A DNA stretch of 64,000 nucleotides from Raillietiella orientalis (GCA_036172245.1 JAYWIR010000015.1:2852001-2916000), one strand, 5' to 3'; positions 12,701 through 26,600 are shown, numbered from the stretch's first letter. Made by a program: numbers and translations. The notes: generated by a model from the sequence alone, not told the origin.

Positions 12701-13000
12701 ACGTTCGCCTACTCTCCTCACCAACTGGCAGCCCCATCCTAGAAAGCATGGGATGCCGTACGCACGTACCGCAAATCAGAATCCCAAGCAGATTCTTGCG
12801 GGTTGGTTCCTGCTTCCGGCGTGGTGCGTTGTCTTTTGCTGTACTCGCGTGATGTACGCCCCGCGGAGTAACTGTGTCGGTAACCTGCGACCCCCAGAGG
12901 GGTCGGGGAATTCCCGGTCTTATCCGCAGCGCCGCTGCGTCCGCCTCCCCGGTGGAGGCGCGGAAGGGAGGATGGGGGGGAAGGGGGCATGCGCTTCACT
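9750..13000 (+). mobile_element. Degenerate near-full-length L1/Tx1-like LINE (ORF1 knuckles, APE endonuclease, linker, RT)
   Basis: Knuckle remnants at 9890-10000 (PAKSCSAIHC, VCGRGH). APE: NPKGLR (~10368), DAAFWET, ILGLYVPS..NRRLF (~10740), FGDL, LDLRRRKP, PSD, GKGLL. Linker IRSR..GRPS (~11920). RT: FRSVALI (~12401), FLAGTL, KAWDAV (~12743). Confidence 0.65.
11684..11840. repeat. Polypyrimidine (CT/CCT/TTCC) low-complexity tract
   Basis: Almost pure C/T run. It explains the spurious long Arg/Glu/Lys-rich minus-strand ORFs. Confidence 0.9.
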
Positions 13001-13299
13001 CCCTTCTTGTGGGCGAGTCTCGGACGGGAAACTTGGCAAGGGCTGATGTCACGGGAAGATGCGCTCGTGAGATCACGTCTCGATGGCGCAGCCTGCTGCA
13101 CTGTTGTTTTGAGCATAAAACTTTTCCCTTAATCCAATATTCAAACTTTTTCATTAAGGAGATCGAGAGACATGAAAAATGGGGATGATCTCCACACACT
13201 CCGCGAACTCTAACTTTCGAAAATCAATATTTCATTTCGCTAGGAGTTTTTTTTTTTTTTTTTTTCCAATTGAATTGGAAAGTCTCAAAATAAATTTTG

Positions 13300-13700
13300 A
13301 TGCTTCCAGGGAAGAACGAAGCACATCCTGCATGTGGCATAAGGCTTTTGATGTCCTCTGCCATAAGGTTGACTGGTAGTAGCTGCGGCTACCGTAAGTT
13401 TCAATAAAGTCGTGTAGGGATCGGTTTTGCTCAAGAAGTAGCCTTGAGCGAGATGCCCATGGCCCGTTCGAGGCAGCAGCCATCTATGGGCAGCCTACCG
13501 AACTTGCTGTAAGGAACCGTGCAGTGAGCAAGGAGCGAATCCTTCCCGAAGAACCAGATGCGTTCCTTCACCTCACAGTCCTTGGCCACCGAAAGAAGAC
13601 ATCAAGAACGCTGACTCTTCGGTAAGGGTGGTCTGCCTTCTGGGAGCCTCAATCGCGAACCCTCGGACGCATCATGACCACCCTAGTCGTTCAAAAAGAC
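13300..13700 (-). mobile_element. Possible post-RT fragment of an L1/Tx1-like LINE
   Basis: FGGQGL (GGLGL-like) followed by RFL...NGPWASRSRLLL. Weak. Confidence 0.3.
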
Positions 13701-14249
13701 GGACGGACCTTCGTTTTCCAAATATCGTCTGTGATCCCTTCAGGAGCAAATCCGCTCCCCCGATAACAAGAATAGCTTTGAATTTGCAAAATTTCCAACA
13801 TAAAGGTGTGTGTGTTTTTTGTTGTTGTCGTTGTTGCTCTATAACCCCCGTGCTACCGGCGCTTCGCCCTCTCCACTCTAACGCCCCAAGCGGAATGGCT
13901 CTCCCTAGCCGTCGGATTGAAACCCACAGTGTTTGTCCGAATTCAGTACTCTTCTCTAGTACAACTTGAGAACACTGAGAGGGAGGGAGGGGAAGGGAAG
14001 ACGTCTTCTTGCTGGATCTGGGGCACGCACTGCCTCCTGGAGGGAAACAGCAGAAAAAAGCAAGCAAGCCGCTGATACCTGTTCTTTGCAGAGTCGCAGA
14101 GAAGAGCGATCAGAGGTCGGCAAGCCGTGCATCTCCCTCGGAGATTCGCGCTGAACTAAAGAGAAGAATCCCCTCTCCTCCAGGATCACAAGACCGGAAT
14201 CCTCTGGAAGATGCTTTTCCCCTACCGCAGGGTGAGGAAAGATGATGCT

Positions 14250-15480
14250 GGCGGCAGCTCGGAAGTCCTCCGGGCGGCCGTCGATCGGGGAACGGGGGGG
14301 AGGTGCTCCCCTTGCAGAGCAGCACGTCCCAACAGCTGCATCCCCAGCTCCTCCCTTGCTTCCCTTCCTTTCTGGGGGGAGAACCGCTCTTCCTGCAGCT
14401 CGGATGGCATGCCGTACAGATCAGTTGGCGCGGCACAGGCCGGGTTGTACAAGTACAGCGCCCAGCATCTGATACATTTACGCTCTGCGTTGTACGAAAC
14501 CACGCGTCTCACGCTGTACTGCACTACGATTTGAAGCGCATGCGCGTGACGGCTGCAGAAATGACAAGTGTAAATATCGGTACATAACTGTGCACAGCCA
14601 AGTACTCTATAGGTAAAGTCACGCAGCTGGGTGTACGCGCGCGCACGTACATAGTCGCAATCCGGTCCCCTGAGTCCAGAAGGGACGTCTCGACTGTCTG
14701 TTCCACACCTTCCCTCCTTTTTCACTGACCAGAGGCCGGATGGAAGGACAAGAACGCGCGCATATAGCTCTCCCACGACGGTGGCGGCCTCTGCTGTGGA
14801 AGCTGTCGCTGGTGACGGCGTAGGGCCGCTGGAAGCTGTTCGAAAAAAGGAAACCTCCCATTCCCCGATTTCTGCTCCCGCTATTCCCAGGACGGCATTC
14901 TACGCAGGGCCAGCTTCCAGATCTTTCCTGGTTTAAGTCGGATTCCGGTTTATTGGGAATGCATGAAGGACTCTTGGGGTTGGCGAACCGTGGTCTCTCC
15001 ACGTGTCCGCCTGCTGTCAAGCATTCCTATTCTGCAGATGATGGCATCGCATCCACAGGTGGTCTTCCAGAAGCACAGAAGTTGAGCAAAGCAGATGACG
15101 CGGACTTCGCCGAAGCGTGCGGCTGAAAGAATATCGGAGCAGATCCCTTTCTGCCCACAAAGGAGAACCAGTGCTACTAGCAGCACCACGAAAAGAGGGA
15201 GCCACGATGAAGCGAAGTGGAAAACAAAGGAAGTGAGAGAAAGAACAGGCAGCAGGGACTAGGGAGGAATTCCTCCTGCTGGATTTCGACACGGGTTCAA
15301 GAACCCTACCCATCGTCGTAGCAGACGCTGACATGGTGCGGAGGGCATCACTGAACCATGCGAAGCGAGGAAAGACTGACCAAGAAGCGGTCAAGGAATA
15401 GGTCAGCTTTCGGGAGGCGAAAGCCGTCTCCTCGCAGCCCACGCCCCACGCCACGCGGCGCGTCCCACTGGCAAGGATGA
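14250..15480 (+). mobile_element. Degenerate LINE APE endonuclease plus EN-RT linker
   Basis: KGRLDCLF (~14680; SRLD), LSHDG (SDH), GRWKLF (~14824; G.WKLN), and EYRSRSLSAHKGEP (~15130; RSR...GE). Confidence 0.55.
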
Positions 15481-17199
15481 AACCATTCCGATTCCCCCGT
15501 GTCCCCTTGAGGAAGCGGCTTCCACGAAGCCATCGGCGTCCGGTCCAGCGATGCGTTCGGCAAAACGAACGAAAAGAGGCACCCTTCGGACTCATCCTTC
15601 AGGAGCAGCGAAACCATATCTGTCTGTACCAGAGTGCATTAACTGTTAAATGGACTGAAAGCAGCCGTGGATTGCTGTTGAGCGTTTTCCGTTCCAAAAC
15701 TTCCTCCTCTTAATTGCTTCAGTGGCCGCAGGTGCTCTGCACTCCAGGGTGAAATTTGTTGTCATTCGCCACAGCGATTCGGTCTCCAATAAAGGTGGCT
15801 GCTTCCTGCAATCTTCTTTAATATACGTGATTAAGTCAAGAAATAGAGATCTCCAACTCAACAATAATTGCAAGCTGAATAGTGGATACTGGTCGTAAAC
15901 GATCATGAGCAAAAGCGCCCGGTTCACGGCTTGGATGAGATGCCAGAAAACGTGTCCCTCCTTAAATCACAGGAAACAGCATGCCAGCTAAAAATTGAAC
16001 CCCTCCCTCCCTCCCCCCCCCTTTACCCCTCCCATCCCCTTTTACCAGCAACTAATTTAGGCCCGTATTATCGTTCCCTGGAGTGGGTCGTATTGTTGCA
16101 ACAGGGAACGAAGAGCACACTGATGCTTTGGCACCGGAGGTGTGCCCTCGGATAAGGACGAAAGTTTAACGTCATCTTATTATTCTCTCCCCTCTCCCCC
16201 CCCGGTTGAGCAATTTGTTTGCACTGGGGACTCCTGCCGAAGGAAACGTCCTGGAGCTCGCTGGGTAAACAGCCTTAGATTGAGGAAACACCACCCGATT
16301 ACTGACCACGCACGGATCGGACAGGAAGACGGGTTGCAGGTCGCGAACGCACAAACTTGCACTCCTCGCTGCCTATGAAGAGAAGGCCTACCGCGCTGCA
16401 ATGGAGAAGACGTCGTCTAGTCGCTGTGAAGAGGAAAGCAGCAGCAACGGTCCAGGGCAGTGATTTTCCTGCGTTCTGCAAGGAACCCACCCGAATCCTA
16501 TACCGTTGTCATGGTGAGCGTGAAACGGTGGCAGGTACTTCATACCTCCGAATTACGTCTGGGTTGTGTTCTGGAAGTAGGGACGCAAACCGATTCCGGC
16601 GTAAGTCGATCCTTTACCCCACAGGTTCCCAAACTCATTCGACCTGCCTCCCCTTTTTCAGATGAAACAATACTCGGAGCCCCCCTGAATCGTTCCAGAG
16701 CCCATCATGAGGTGGCATCGTCCACTTCGGGAAGCACTGATGTATACCCACGTGTAACTTGCTGTTTTGTCAAAGCTGTTTTAAAAATGAATGCACCTGC
16801 ACTATTTTTTCCTGCTTCTCACACGGCTCAGGAACACTCTAAATTTGATCTCATAATTTCGCCCATTAATAGGATCGCAATTTAAGCAAGTAATGACATT
16901 CCTGCAGATGGATGCTGGATTCTCCGACAGTGAGCGACACGCTCTCGCCTGTTTACAGGTGCTCGACGAGACCCGTCGGCAGACTTGACCACTAATGGAT
17001 TGCAACTTGCATTTTGAGTGTTCATCTGGGAAACAAAGTACCTAACCTAACTACGACTTTCCGTGGTACACAGCAGATGAGGCTTGTGCGAGCGCTTTTT
17101 CTAAAAAAATTTCCTCAGCCCCTCTTTCTTCTTTCACCGCCCCACCTATCTTTATTCAACTCTCCCCAGTTGCACTTGAGGGTACTGTCGCCCCCCTGG

Positions 17200-19146
17200 A
17201 TCGTATCCCCCCTTCTCTGGCGTCTGATAACCAAGTGCTGGGCATCCCTCCGGCTGCCTGGTAGCAGCAGTTCTGAGGAAACTCGCAGGCCGAAGGGCTA
17301 GGCTCGCTCCTCCCTCGAGGTCGAGGGTAGCTGATCCTTCGCTGCCTCCCCCCTCCCTCTTTTCCTTTTCTCTGCAGATGGAGGAGGCGAGCACCTGTTG
17401 GATCTTCTGCCGCCTTGGGAACGATGCAGCTTGAGACAGGTCAGAGGAAAGTGCCCTCAGGCGCCTGGGTAGCGTCTTACTCGGACCCATCCTGGACCAG
17501 GCTCATATTCACCTGATCTCCCACCATTCCTTTGGTCTCAATGGCGCCCTTCCCGGAAGTCCTCTGGCGGAAGAATCCAACGGCCCTACGAACAGGCTGC
17601 GTAGGAGTTTTCCTGTCATCTTACAAAAATCGCGGAACCCACTGCGAGATGCAAGACCTTAGAGCTGGCAGGGATGCGCCCCTGGCAGGTCCAAGGAAGA
17701 CTGAGGATGCAGAGTTATAGAGAGAATGCCACCAGGCCACCAGACGCCTGCCTACTCAGGCAACATCGCGACCTGAGCAGGTGCGTGATGCTTCCCTGAT
17801 GCCAGCGGAGAACGCTCCCTGGCAACAAGACGCGCGCCGTTAGGTTCTGAGAGGAAGGTTCCCGAAGCCACGCGGGAGACCCACAGAGACCGTTCCACGA
17901 CCGACGGTTCCCTGTGGATCATCACAGATCGCGCGAGAAGCAGGATGACTTGGTCGACCGACCACACTCCCACGCCTCTTCCTTTCGGCAGGGATGGTCC
18001 TCGGCAGGAAGGGATGTTGCCCATGGTTACGCGCACGGCACCGCGCCGGTTCCCGAAGACGAAAATCACAGTCAGAACCAGGAAGCAGAGGGTGCATAGC
18101 TCTGAACCCAGCTGCCGCCACAAATACGGGAGGAGCTCTTGGGACCCATGTCGACTCGTCGCGTGCGCGGACCTCAACACGGTGACCCAGCAGTCCCTCT
18201 GAAGAGGGGGAGGAGGAGAACGGGGAAATCGCTGCTCCCTGGAGCGTGCATCTGCGGGAACTATCCGTAGCGAGAGGAGGTTCATCCGTCCTCCGATCCA
18301 TTTATCTGTACCTCGAACTTCCGTCCGCCTGCCCTGAATAAACGGCCGCATGCGAAGCGCTCCCACGGATCATTCCAAGCAGATTGATTGGACATGCGCA
18401 GAACAGCATCTCCGGGCTCCACCTGCATGAAGCGCTCACCCCAGAGGCGGGTCGCGGCGACCTCTGCAGGACGCAATCCTCGAGCCAAGAGGTCCGACCC
18501 CGCGAAATCGCAGAGGAGCGAAAAAGAGAGGGAAACAAGGAACCGCTCTCTCTCCCCATCCCAGGGAATGCGGGTCCTCCGTCCACGAGTCGTTTCACCC
18601 CCTCCGTCGGCTGCCAGAAACCGCATGCGGAGCGCGACCGCCCGAAGGTAGTGACAGGAAGCGTTCCCGAATCTCGGACGGGAAAAGAGTATGCCTCCTC
18701 TGCACGTGGCAACCGCGAGCTCTCCAGAGACCTTCAGCGGGACCCAGCTTTCCTGATAAGCGACGGGAAAACGTTAACCTTCGCGGTTAGCCGGCGAACC
18801 AACCGCCGATCTCGGTTCTCCAAGGACCACAGAGAGCCAAATGACCTGCTCATGGAAATTTCCTGCTTCCCTTCCTCCAGGGCAAGGCTGGAACCTCGTC
18901 TTCTTGGCAAAGCCTCCCAGCCGAGAAGCTGATCCTGCAGGAAACTGCCGCCTGCTCTTCCGTTAGCCTCGCGAGTCTCACCCATGGTTGCGAAAAAACT
19001 CGTGAGAGCGCCATCTTTCGTTCGGGTGGCAGTTTTCAAGGAGCAAATCGGGGCAGACAAAACGACAAGACATTCCTTCCTTGCACGCCTTCCCTTTTTC
19101 GGATTTCACGCGGTGCTGCACACTGCGCATCTCCCGCTGCACCACT
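17200..19146 (+). mobile_element. Older degenerate LINE ORF2 fragment (APE end and linker)
   Basis: ISHHS (17516; ISDH with one change), LWRKNPTAL (~17563; WKLN..LL), and HRSREKQDD..RP (~17922). Confidence 0.45.
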
Positions 19147-19155
19147 AAATGCGCC

Positions 19156-20077
19156 TCCTTAGCCGCGGCATTGCCTTCCCTCAGGGAGCAGCTGGGCAGT
19201 AACCAGCCGGGCCAAATGGGGGGGTCAGTTGCGAAATCAGTCAGAAGACGAGGGAACTAGGTGGTTGGATCACGGGCAAGCTCACGGAAGCCCCAAGTGC
19301 CCCACCGAAAGGACTATTACGCTGGGGTGAGCTATTGGGAATCCCGCAGGAAGTCCTCGAGTGATCCCCAGCGCTGAAGAACAACCGAACCCTCTCCCTG
19401 AAGTGGCAGGAGTCGGCACTTCTGCTGTTGCACTGGGACCTCCCGTGCAACGCCCTCAGGCATCACTGGACACTGGGGTCTGTGCACCCCAACTGTTGCA
19501 GGTTGCAGGGAACGGGAATCCCAGATCCCGCACCTGCTCCTAGACTGTGTTCTTGCCCTCCAGCCCCTGTGGTCGCGTCACGCAACGGCCCTTGGTGCAC
19601 CGACGGACAATCCCAAGGACGTGATGAAGCGCCTCTTCGTGCGCGATGCCCTTTCACCTGCCGCATCCCTAGCAGCTCTTTGCTGCTGCCTACGCGGGAT
19701 TGCGGTGGTCTGCAGTCACGCCAGTGGAGGAGGACGGCGCGATAGGGACGCCATCTGCTTCTCCCTACACTTCCTGCGGACGGCAGCTAGATGACCCCAT
19801 CTGGGGCATGCTCGGATGGAAATTGCCGGCATTCTGGAAAGGATGCAGAGGACTCCCTCCAGCGGGCAGCGACCCCTTCCCGCGCCCCCAGAGTTTTTTT
19901 TTTTATGATTTATTTTTATTTTTGCTTGTCCCCTTTCCTTCCGCTGCCGAGGCGAACCTCGCCGGCGTGAGTGCCGGTTACTTGGCAGGCTCCAAACATT
20001 TTAGGACGATGTAGGGTCGATGGTCCTACGCCTATACGTTTATTATTTTTTATAATAAACGTGCCGTGTGAAAAACC
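19156..20077 (+). mobile_element. 5'-truncated L1/Tx1-like LINE insertion with a 9-bp TSD
   Basis: AAATGCGCC at 19147-19155 and 20078-20086. Zinc finger LHWDLPCN...NCCR-C-RERESQIPHLLLDC...W. Homologous to 7750-8560(-) through the 3'UTR. AATAAA at 20054-20059. Confidence 0.78.
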
Positions 20078-21149
20078 AAATGCGCCGCCGGTGAATCGTT
20101 TCTTGGTCCGGAAGCAGATTGACCGAAGAAGCATCTAAGTACATCGCGATTGTCACGGATCACTTGGAAACAACTGCCCTCATCTTGTGGAACACGTGAG
20201 ATGACACAACCCGCGGTCAGCGACAGTGCCGCGTGGTTGAATAACGACCGCTTCGCTGAACGCCTAGCAGCCGTGGTCATTCATGCTCGTGAAGACTGCA
20301 TCTTCCACAAATACTTCGAAATAGAAGACACGAGCACAGGATTTTGCGCAAGCATTTCGTGCCCCGCATGATGATGCAGCTGCAAACTTGCATGAGGGGG
20401 AGCCGCTTGCATGGCACAGCACAACTTACTCGTCCCGTGTGCCATTGGAGTGACGTGATTCTTTCTTCCCACGGCTTCGGGAACGAGTTTATCGTGTCTA
20501 TGTGAGTTTGATTCTTCTTCTTCTTCGAGAGAGAGAGAGGCCATGCACACGTATCCCTAATTGGCATCTTATGTTTCCATGAGAGAATGGGACAAATACC
20601 CCAGAAAACAGATGGAGAGATAAAGGTCTTCAGCTACGAGAATCTGAGGGACGCGAAACAGCTGCGATTGGAAGAGCGTGGAGAGCCGCTCAAACTTTAG
20701 CAGTGTCTGGAAACCCAATGGGGAATATGGAAACTTTTTTTTTTTCAAGTTGAAAGAGGAAGAATGTAGAAGACCTTGGCAAGAATAGAGCAGAAGAATT
20801 AAATCTCGGTGAATCCTCGATTAAGTATTTCTCGTACAGAGGTGGAATCTATCAAGGAATACGAGATGCATTTGCTCTGGGAATCACAACTGTGCATAAT
20901 AGCCTTAGTAAATTTAATAGAAATGCAATTTTGTCGCTGCTCAACCTCGGTACCGGCTGTCAAAACGAAACTGTTACCAAGTAGCCGCAGCACATCTAAC
21001 CACGTGGATGCATAGCATACTAAATACTACGAATGAGAGGGTAAATTGAAAGTTGGACTCCTGCACCACCACAGAGGTATCATGGGAGAGAGAAACATTG
21101 GAATGGGGAATGCCAAGGGGAAACTTCCGATGCGCTGGCCATCAATAGG

Positions 21150-21750
21150 AAGAAAAAAGAAGGGAAAAAAATTCCGGGGAAGCCAAGTGCATTTGAATGT
21201 TTCCTTTCCCTTCAAATACATTTTACCCGAGCACGTTTGTAATTCGGAAATGATTTCGGTAGGTGACCTTAAAGAGGTATGTGCACCCAAGAATCGAGTG
21301 GGTCCGCGTTCCAGAAACGAAAGCTCAATCCCATGCTCATATGACACCTGCGATTGGAGTGCGTGAGCCACTACCCTTCCTGTGATCTGACCGAAGAGTT
21401 ACGTTTCCTTTGAAGCACTCTGGTGAACGAATAGTTACTGCATCTTTGGAAAATTCTCTTACTGTTCACCCTGGCTTTTTACTCATGCACACTTGGCTTC
21501 CATGCTTCTTCAAGTGGAAGAATCCACAGAGCCACCCGTCGGCAATATTTAGCTACTGCCTTGTGGGATTTCTCAAAGAAGGTCGGCTGATTTCCTGGAT
21601 CATTCCAATAGTGTTGAACGTAGGCAGGAAATCAAGGTGGAAAATTTGGAGACCGTGTGTACGCTCTTGTATTTGTGGTCTTTAGGCCTTAAATGTCTTC
21701 GGTGGGTAAGATTTGTTTTGTGGTTCATACGGATTAAATGTATATGGGTG
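21150..21750 (-). mobile_element. Possible heavily decayed non-LTR RT fragment
   Basis: IFHLDFLPTFNTI (LD..AFD), WLCGFF, RVLQR (GVPQG-like) and ELQTC, in the expected order. Confidence 0.3.
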
Positions 21751-23249
21751 GTTGTAGTGACTGCCGGCGGGTAGGGTTCATTTGTGGCTTCCTAAGGCTC
21801 AAGTGCAATCGACTTCTTCTAGCTCAGGGCTCCTGCCAAAGAGACGATGGAACTCGATATTTGCAGTAGAGTTTTCAGCCTTTTTTTCGGATGCGTGTTG
21901 AAGCCACCAATCTGGTTTCCCGTTCAAAAGTTGGAAACTCGCATAAAATTTTCAGGATCACAAGTGAAAATTTCCTATTTGGCGATTTCCAAACGTCTTG
22001 ATGGTTCCCTGTGATCCGGAAATGAAAACGAAAGTCATGGAATTTGAGATTAGAATTCGCAAATAGAATTTGATGCAGCATCCGAAGCGGCATTGGGGAG
22101 CTGTAGTGGGCTTGAAGATTGAAACTAGTCAATCAAGCAACTCAGAACGCAGAGGAAACAAATCCTCGATTAGAAATTATGCAAAGGGACGATGTAACCA
22201 TATTGGAAGCAACTGGATTGAATATGCATCCAAAAAAAAAGCTGAAAAGCGATCTGGCTAATCCAACATTACCCCTACGATAAGGAACTGATGATCCATC
22301 GTGATTACAAATAACGAACCTTGATCTCTTTCACTGAGAAAACGGAAGAAGCGATAAGTACTTAACGTGGCTCAGTTTAACTATAGAACGTGACACATAA
22401 ACGTATGCATGATCTTTCCTCTGTAGAATACGAAATATTTAATGAGCGCCTCCAGAGGTTTAGCAGATTGCAGACTCATCTTTTCAGTAATTGCAAAGAA
22501 AGGCTTGCGGATTCATGAGTTGCTGCTTCAGACGTAATTAAGAATTGCTACAGGCGGTGGCATCTTCTAAAGGATGCCTCAAAAATGGGAGAATGAATTT
22601 CTAGGATGGGAGAAATCAGACCTGCCGATGTGAAACTCATTGCAAACGATTAAGGTGAGACATAAGGATGATGACATTTGCCAAGGAGGACTTCTCAGAA
22701 TGAAATCCGAGGTTTGGTGAAGAAGCGCTGAAAACGAAGCATTTTTCCGGGCAAGAAATCTATTTAGAGCTCTTCTTGGGAAACATTTGCCTCCGAGAAG
22801 GTGAAGAACTCTCTCATAAGCGGGAAAAAAAAAATTTTCTAAGGCACAGCCGGAAAGAATGAATAGAGTTTTTGCATGCTTCTGCGTTTTTCGCTGCTGA
22901 CGAACTGCCTTTGAACAACTGCTTTCGTGTCTACGGCTAGCTGTCTGCGGCGTTTTTTCTCGAAAAAAGAGGATATGCATTTGAGCAAAAAAAAGAACAA
23001 GAACTCTTGTTTTGCTAAGCTGCCAGCATATTTCTCGTTTTTCATTTCTAATTACTTTCTTCTTACGTCTTCGTGCGATTACTTTAATGTCGATCGATGA
23101 GGACGTCATCGAAAATTTTTGCTAGCAAAACGTTGACTCCCGCGATAAACAAAACAAAGGAATGCTGCCAATGCAAAAGGAAATTTTCGTTCTTGGTAAG
23201 ATTTCCAGATGGAACCGGGATTACGACGAAACCTTCATTACATCTCCTT

Positions 23250-23690
23250 GTGGTTAGCAACAGGCCAGACCGATGTCCTCTAGCACCTCCGGAAACTTTG
23301 AAACAACGGACAGATATGGATTCCGTGTTTTAGGGACCCTGGTCTCTTTCGCTATGGCAAGCATTCAGAATGAGAGGCCCGGCAGCGCGATCCATCACGA
23401 TTCACTTGACATGGAGGCGCATGGAAGTCTCAGATGATTCACCGACGAAAATGGGGACCCATCTGGATCTCCCTTTCATGAAACCCGGAGGAGTGCCCAG
23501 CAGCAAGGAAGTCGCAAGTCCACTGGCTTTTTGATCTTTCTTTGCCCCGACTCCGCACACGTCGGTTCGCGACGGCAGAGCTTCTCTGGATGGAGGCCGT
23601 TTGAGACAAACAGGAGCGGCCAAAGGCGAAAAGGAAAAAGCGAGCAACCCCTTGTGTCGGAAGAATCCTCCTCTTACCAAAAATCTTCGG
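23250..23690 (-). mobile_element. Possible APE endonuclease fragment
   Basis: PVCL.., KASGLATSL and KGRSRWVPI resemble APE motifs. Local GC-rich island. Confidence 0.28.
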
Positions 23691-26600
23691 ACCGCCTTTT
23701 GAGATTATGATTCAGAGTTGGGAAAGGTTTCTCGCTCTCAAGGAGAAGACGTCCGGGATGTACACAGCGTGAGGGACGTGAAAAAGTATTCTGCGGCTAC
23801 AGAAGCTGACTTGTGCAGTAAATTCTATTTCCAAATCAAATGGAAAGTAATGATTTGAACATAGCGGTAGAAAGACACCATTCTAACAAAGTCGTGGTAC
23901 TCGATCGTGGTTTTGAATAATGCTTTTCCCAAACCACATTCCCAATGTAGATGAAGGTCTCCATGAGGATTCCATAAGGTTTCTGAAACTAAAAGAAAGC
24001 TCTGGTAAACTAATTTGCAGCCTGCAAGAAATCGTTTCCTTTATTATATTTTTTCATCGCAGTGTGACTTTTGATAGCAAATTTGCACTTTTCTCCAGGA
24101 TCATGCAACTCATTTTTTATTTTCCCCCTGAAACTCGTAATTTCATTCACTACATCATATGGATTAAAATGCAAGGTTCTCTCACGAAGACTGAATTTGG
24201 GATCTGTCTACTAAATACGTTGAAACCGAGGCAAAGCCATCAGGTAGATACGTCAAGGAAAACTGCCATCACAACAGCAAAGGGCTGTATTTCGCTTCTT
24301 ATTACGCATTCATCTTAGCGTAAGTCATTTGTTCCCATTCATGCCCTGTCTTATCTCCATTCCAGTCATGCGTTTTGGGAACTCATTTTGAAATATCATC
24401 CAATTTGCTTGAACTTTTTGCCAAAGAGTTTCACGGCACAAGCAAAGAAGCATTTATATCTCCAATTGGGGAGGAAAAAATTGCAATTCTGAAGTCTGAT
24501 TTCTGCAGCATTAGCTTTCCTAATTTTCTTGAAAAGTACTTGTCCGGGGTCTCCGTTTCGAAAAATTTAAGAGCGTGCCTCTGGTTAATTCAAGATCGTA
24601 CCCCCTCTCTAATAGGATGTAAATCAAAGTTTCATGCAAAATAATTGCTGCCTTCGTTCAAATAACACGCGTACTCATCTTGAGAAAACCTGAGAAAGAT
24701 GGGATGTCCTTAATTTGGGATGCAGAGTTTCTCTTGGCATGGTGGACTGCAGTAGGGTGGTTTCCGGTGATCTGAAGATTCGCTTGTCATCGGATTAATT
24801 TTTGGTGCATTCAAAAATGAAAACCTCCTAATTTGGAAAGTATAGTTTGTAAGGAAGAGTGGGGTACGAAGGACAAATACGCGGATCATTGTACTTTGGC
24901 ATGCGTTTCAAGCATTATCTACCATCAAGGAAAATTTAGATTATAAGTACCACGAACCTATACTAGATAGTATACGTCTACATACACGATTAGTCAGTAG
25001 CAAGGTCTTTTTTAGAATTTAAAGCCTCTTGGAGAAGAAGAAAAAAAAAGATTCGAAGTTGACATTTGCAAGACGAATTCTGAAAATTCTGGGTTCGTGG
25101 GAATGTGCAAGATTGATAAACGTAATTTTCAGGGCACTGGAATTTCAGTGGGCACGTGCAAATTCGATAATTTGCACCTAATCTGATAATCTGATAATTT
25201 GCACCTAATATTGTCGGTTTTGTTGTTGTTGTAATTTTCACATTCTCTTCCATGTAAAATTCGGATGCCTGAGAATGTCGAGTTGAACGGCACCAGGCAT
25301 TTGTCTTGGTTGCGTTGGCTTCTTCTTTTCAGCAAAAGAAGTATGAATCACAATGTGAATGCCTCGTTCACTGCTGTGATAGCAAAGTGAACGTAGGGGG
25401 AGCACTGGAAAAGACACATGGAGCACCTAACCTGCCCTCCTGGTAGTGGGCCGGGCACTTCAGACAGTAACAAACGCGAGCTCGGTGTGTCATGGAAGGC
25501 AAGAAACATTGTGAAGTTCCTTCCTCTCGTAATTCGAGTTCTGAAAAAACCGATACGAGAACTATAAATCTACAACTGCATTATGAGCGAGCAGGACAGA
25601 TTTCTTGGGCAGCAGCTGGACGTACGGAAGGACGGACCGAGGGAGCCCACTTCCGCATCCGAAATGCATGCGTCCTCTTGACAAAAGTAAATTACCCATT
25701 TCGATTTATTGCAAAGCTGACCTGACCTTCTCGGGCAGGGAACAGATTGAAAATTTTCAAAATACGTCGTGGACGAATAAACCGGACGTGTTGCCAACGT
25801 GCGTTCCTTTGGGGAAAGTCCGTTCTTATTCTGTTATTCCTATGATGCTTTCTCCTACCAACTCTCGAATGCACGAGGATTCAATACGTGAATGGATGAC
25901 GTTAAGAAAACCGTGTGAAGCACCGACCTACACTTTTTGGAAAATTGCAAACCAAAATACGGCCGTGCCCGATCCCCTCGTTTCTCACCCACTTTTGCCG
26001 GAGTTCGAACTCTGCTATTTATTTAGTGGTGTGTTTACAACCGTGAGACCCATGTAGTAACTCGATTAATCACTTGGCTGTGAAGCACAAACACACTTTC
26101 GTAGCCAACTGTGACAAACTTTTCAAGTGCACACGAAGATATGTGCACGTTTGTGGTTTGATTTTTAGTGTAGTTTTCTAGTCCAGCGACTGTGTTCCGT
26201 GTTGCCTGTCGGTGTGTCTTGATCGATACGTTTCCTAGTGAAGACCAACTAAAACGTTCCATTTGCATTAAGCTTAATTGTCTGCATTTCAAGGTACCGT
26301 TTGCATATATTTGAATTGGAATAATTTCGCAGAAATACTTTTCCTCTTGCAATTGCTTATAAAACTTCGGGTCAACGATCAGGATTATGGATGCCCCAAC
26401 ATTTCGTAGAATAGTTATTGATTTTTCACAAGTTTTCCATCGAATGTGGCCTAAATGAAAAATACAAGTACGAAAATGTGAAAAAAATAATATTTTTTGT
26501 TCATCCCTACCCTGTTTCAAGCTGGACGTTTCAGTCGTTTTATCCTTGCAATAAACAAATGAAACACCGAAGTTTTTTTTTTTTTTTTTTAACATAAATA

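Noticed and set aside
15265..15310. LLDFDTGS, resembling a pepsin-type aspartic protease motif
   Set aside because: Isolated and flanked by stops; the context fits the LINE EN-RT linker.
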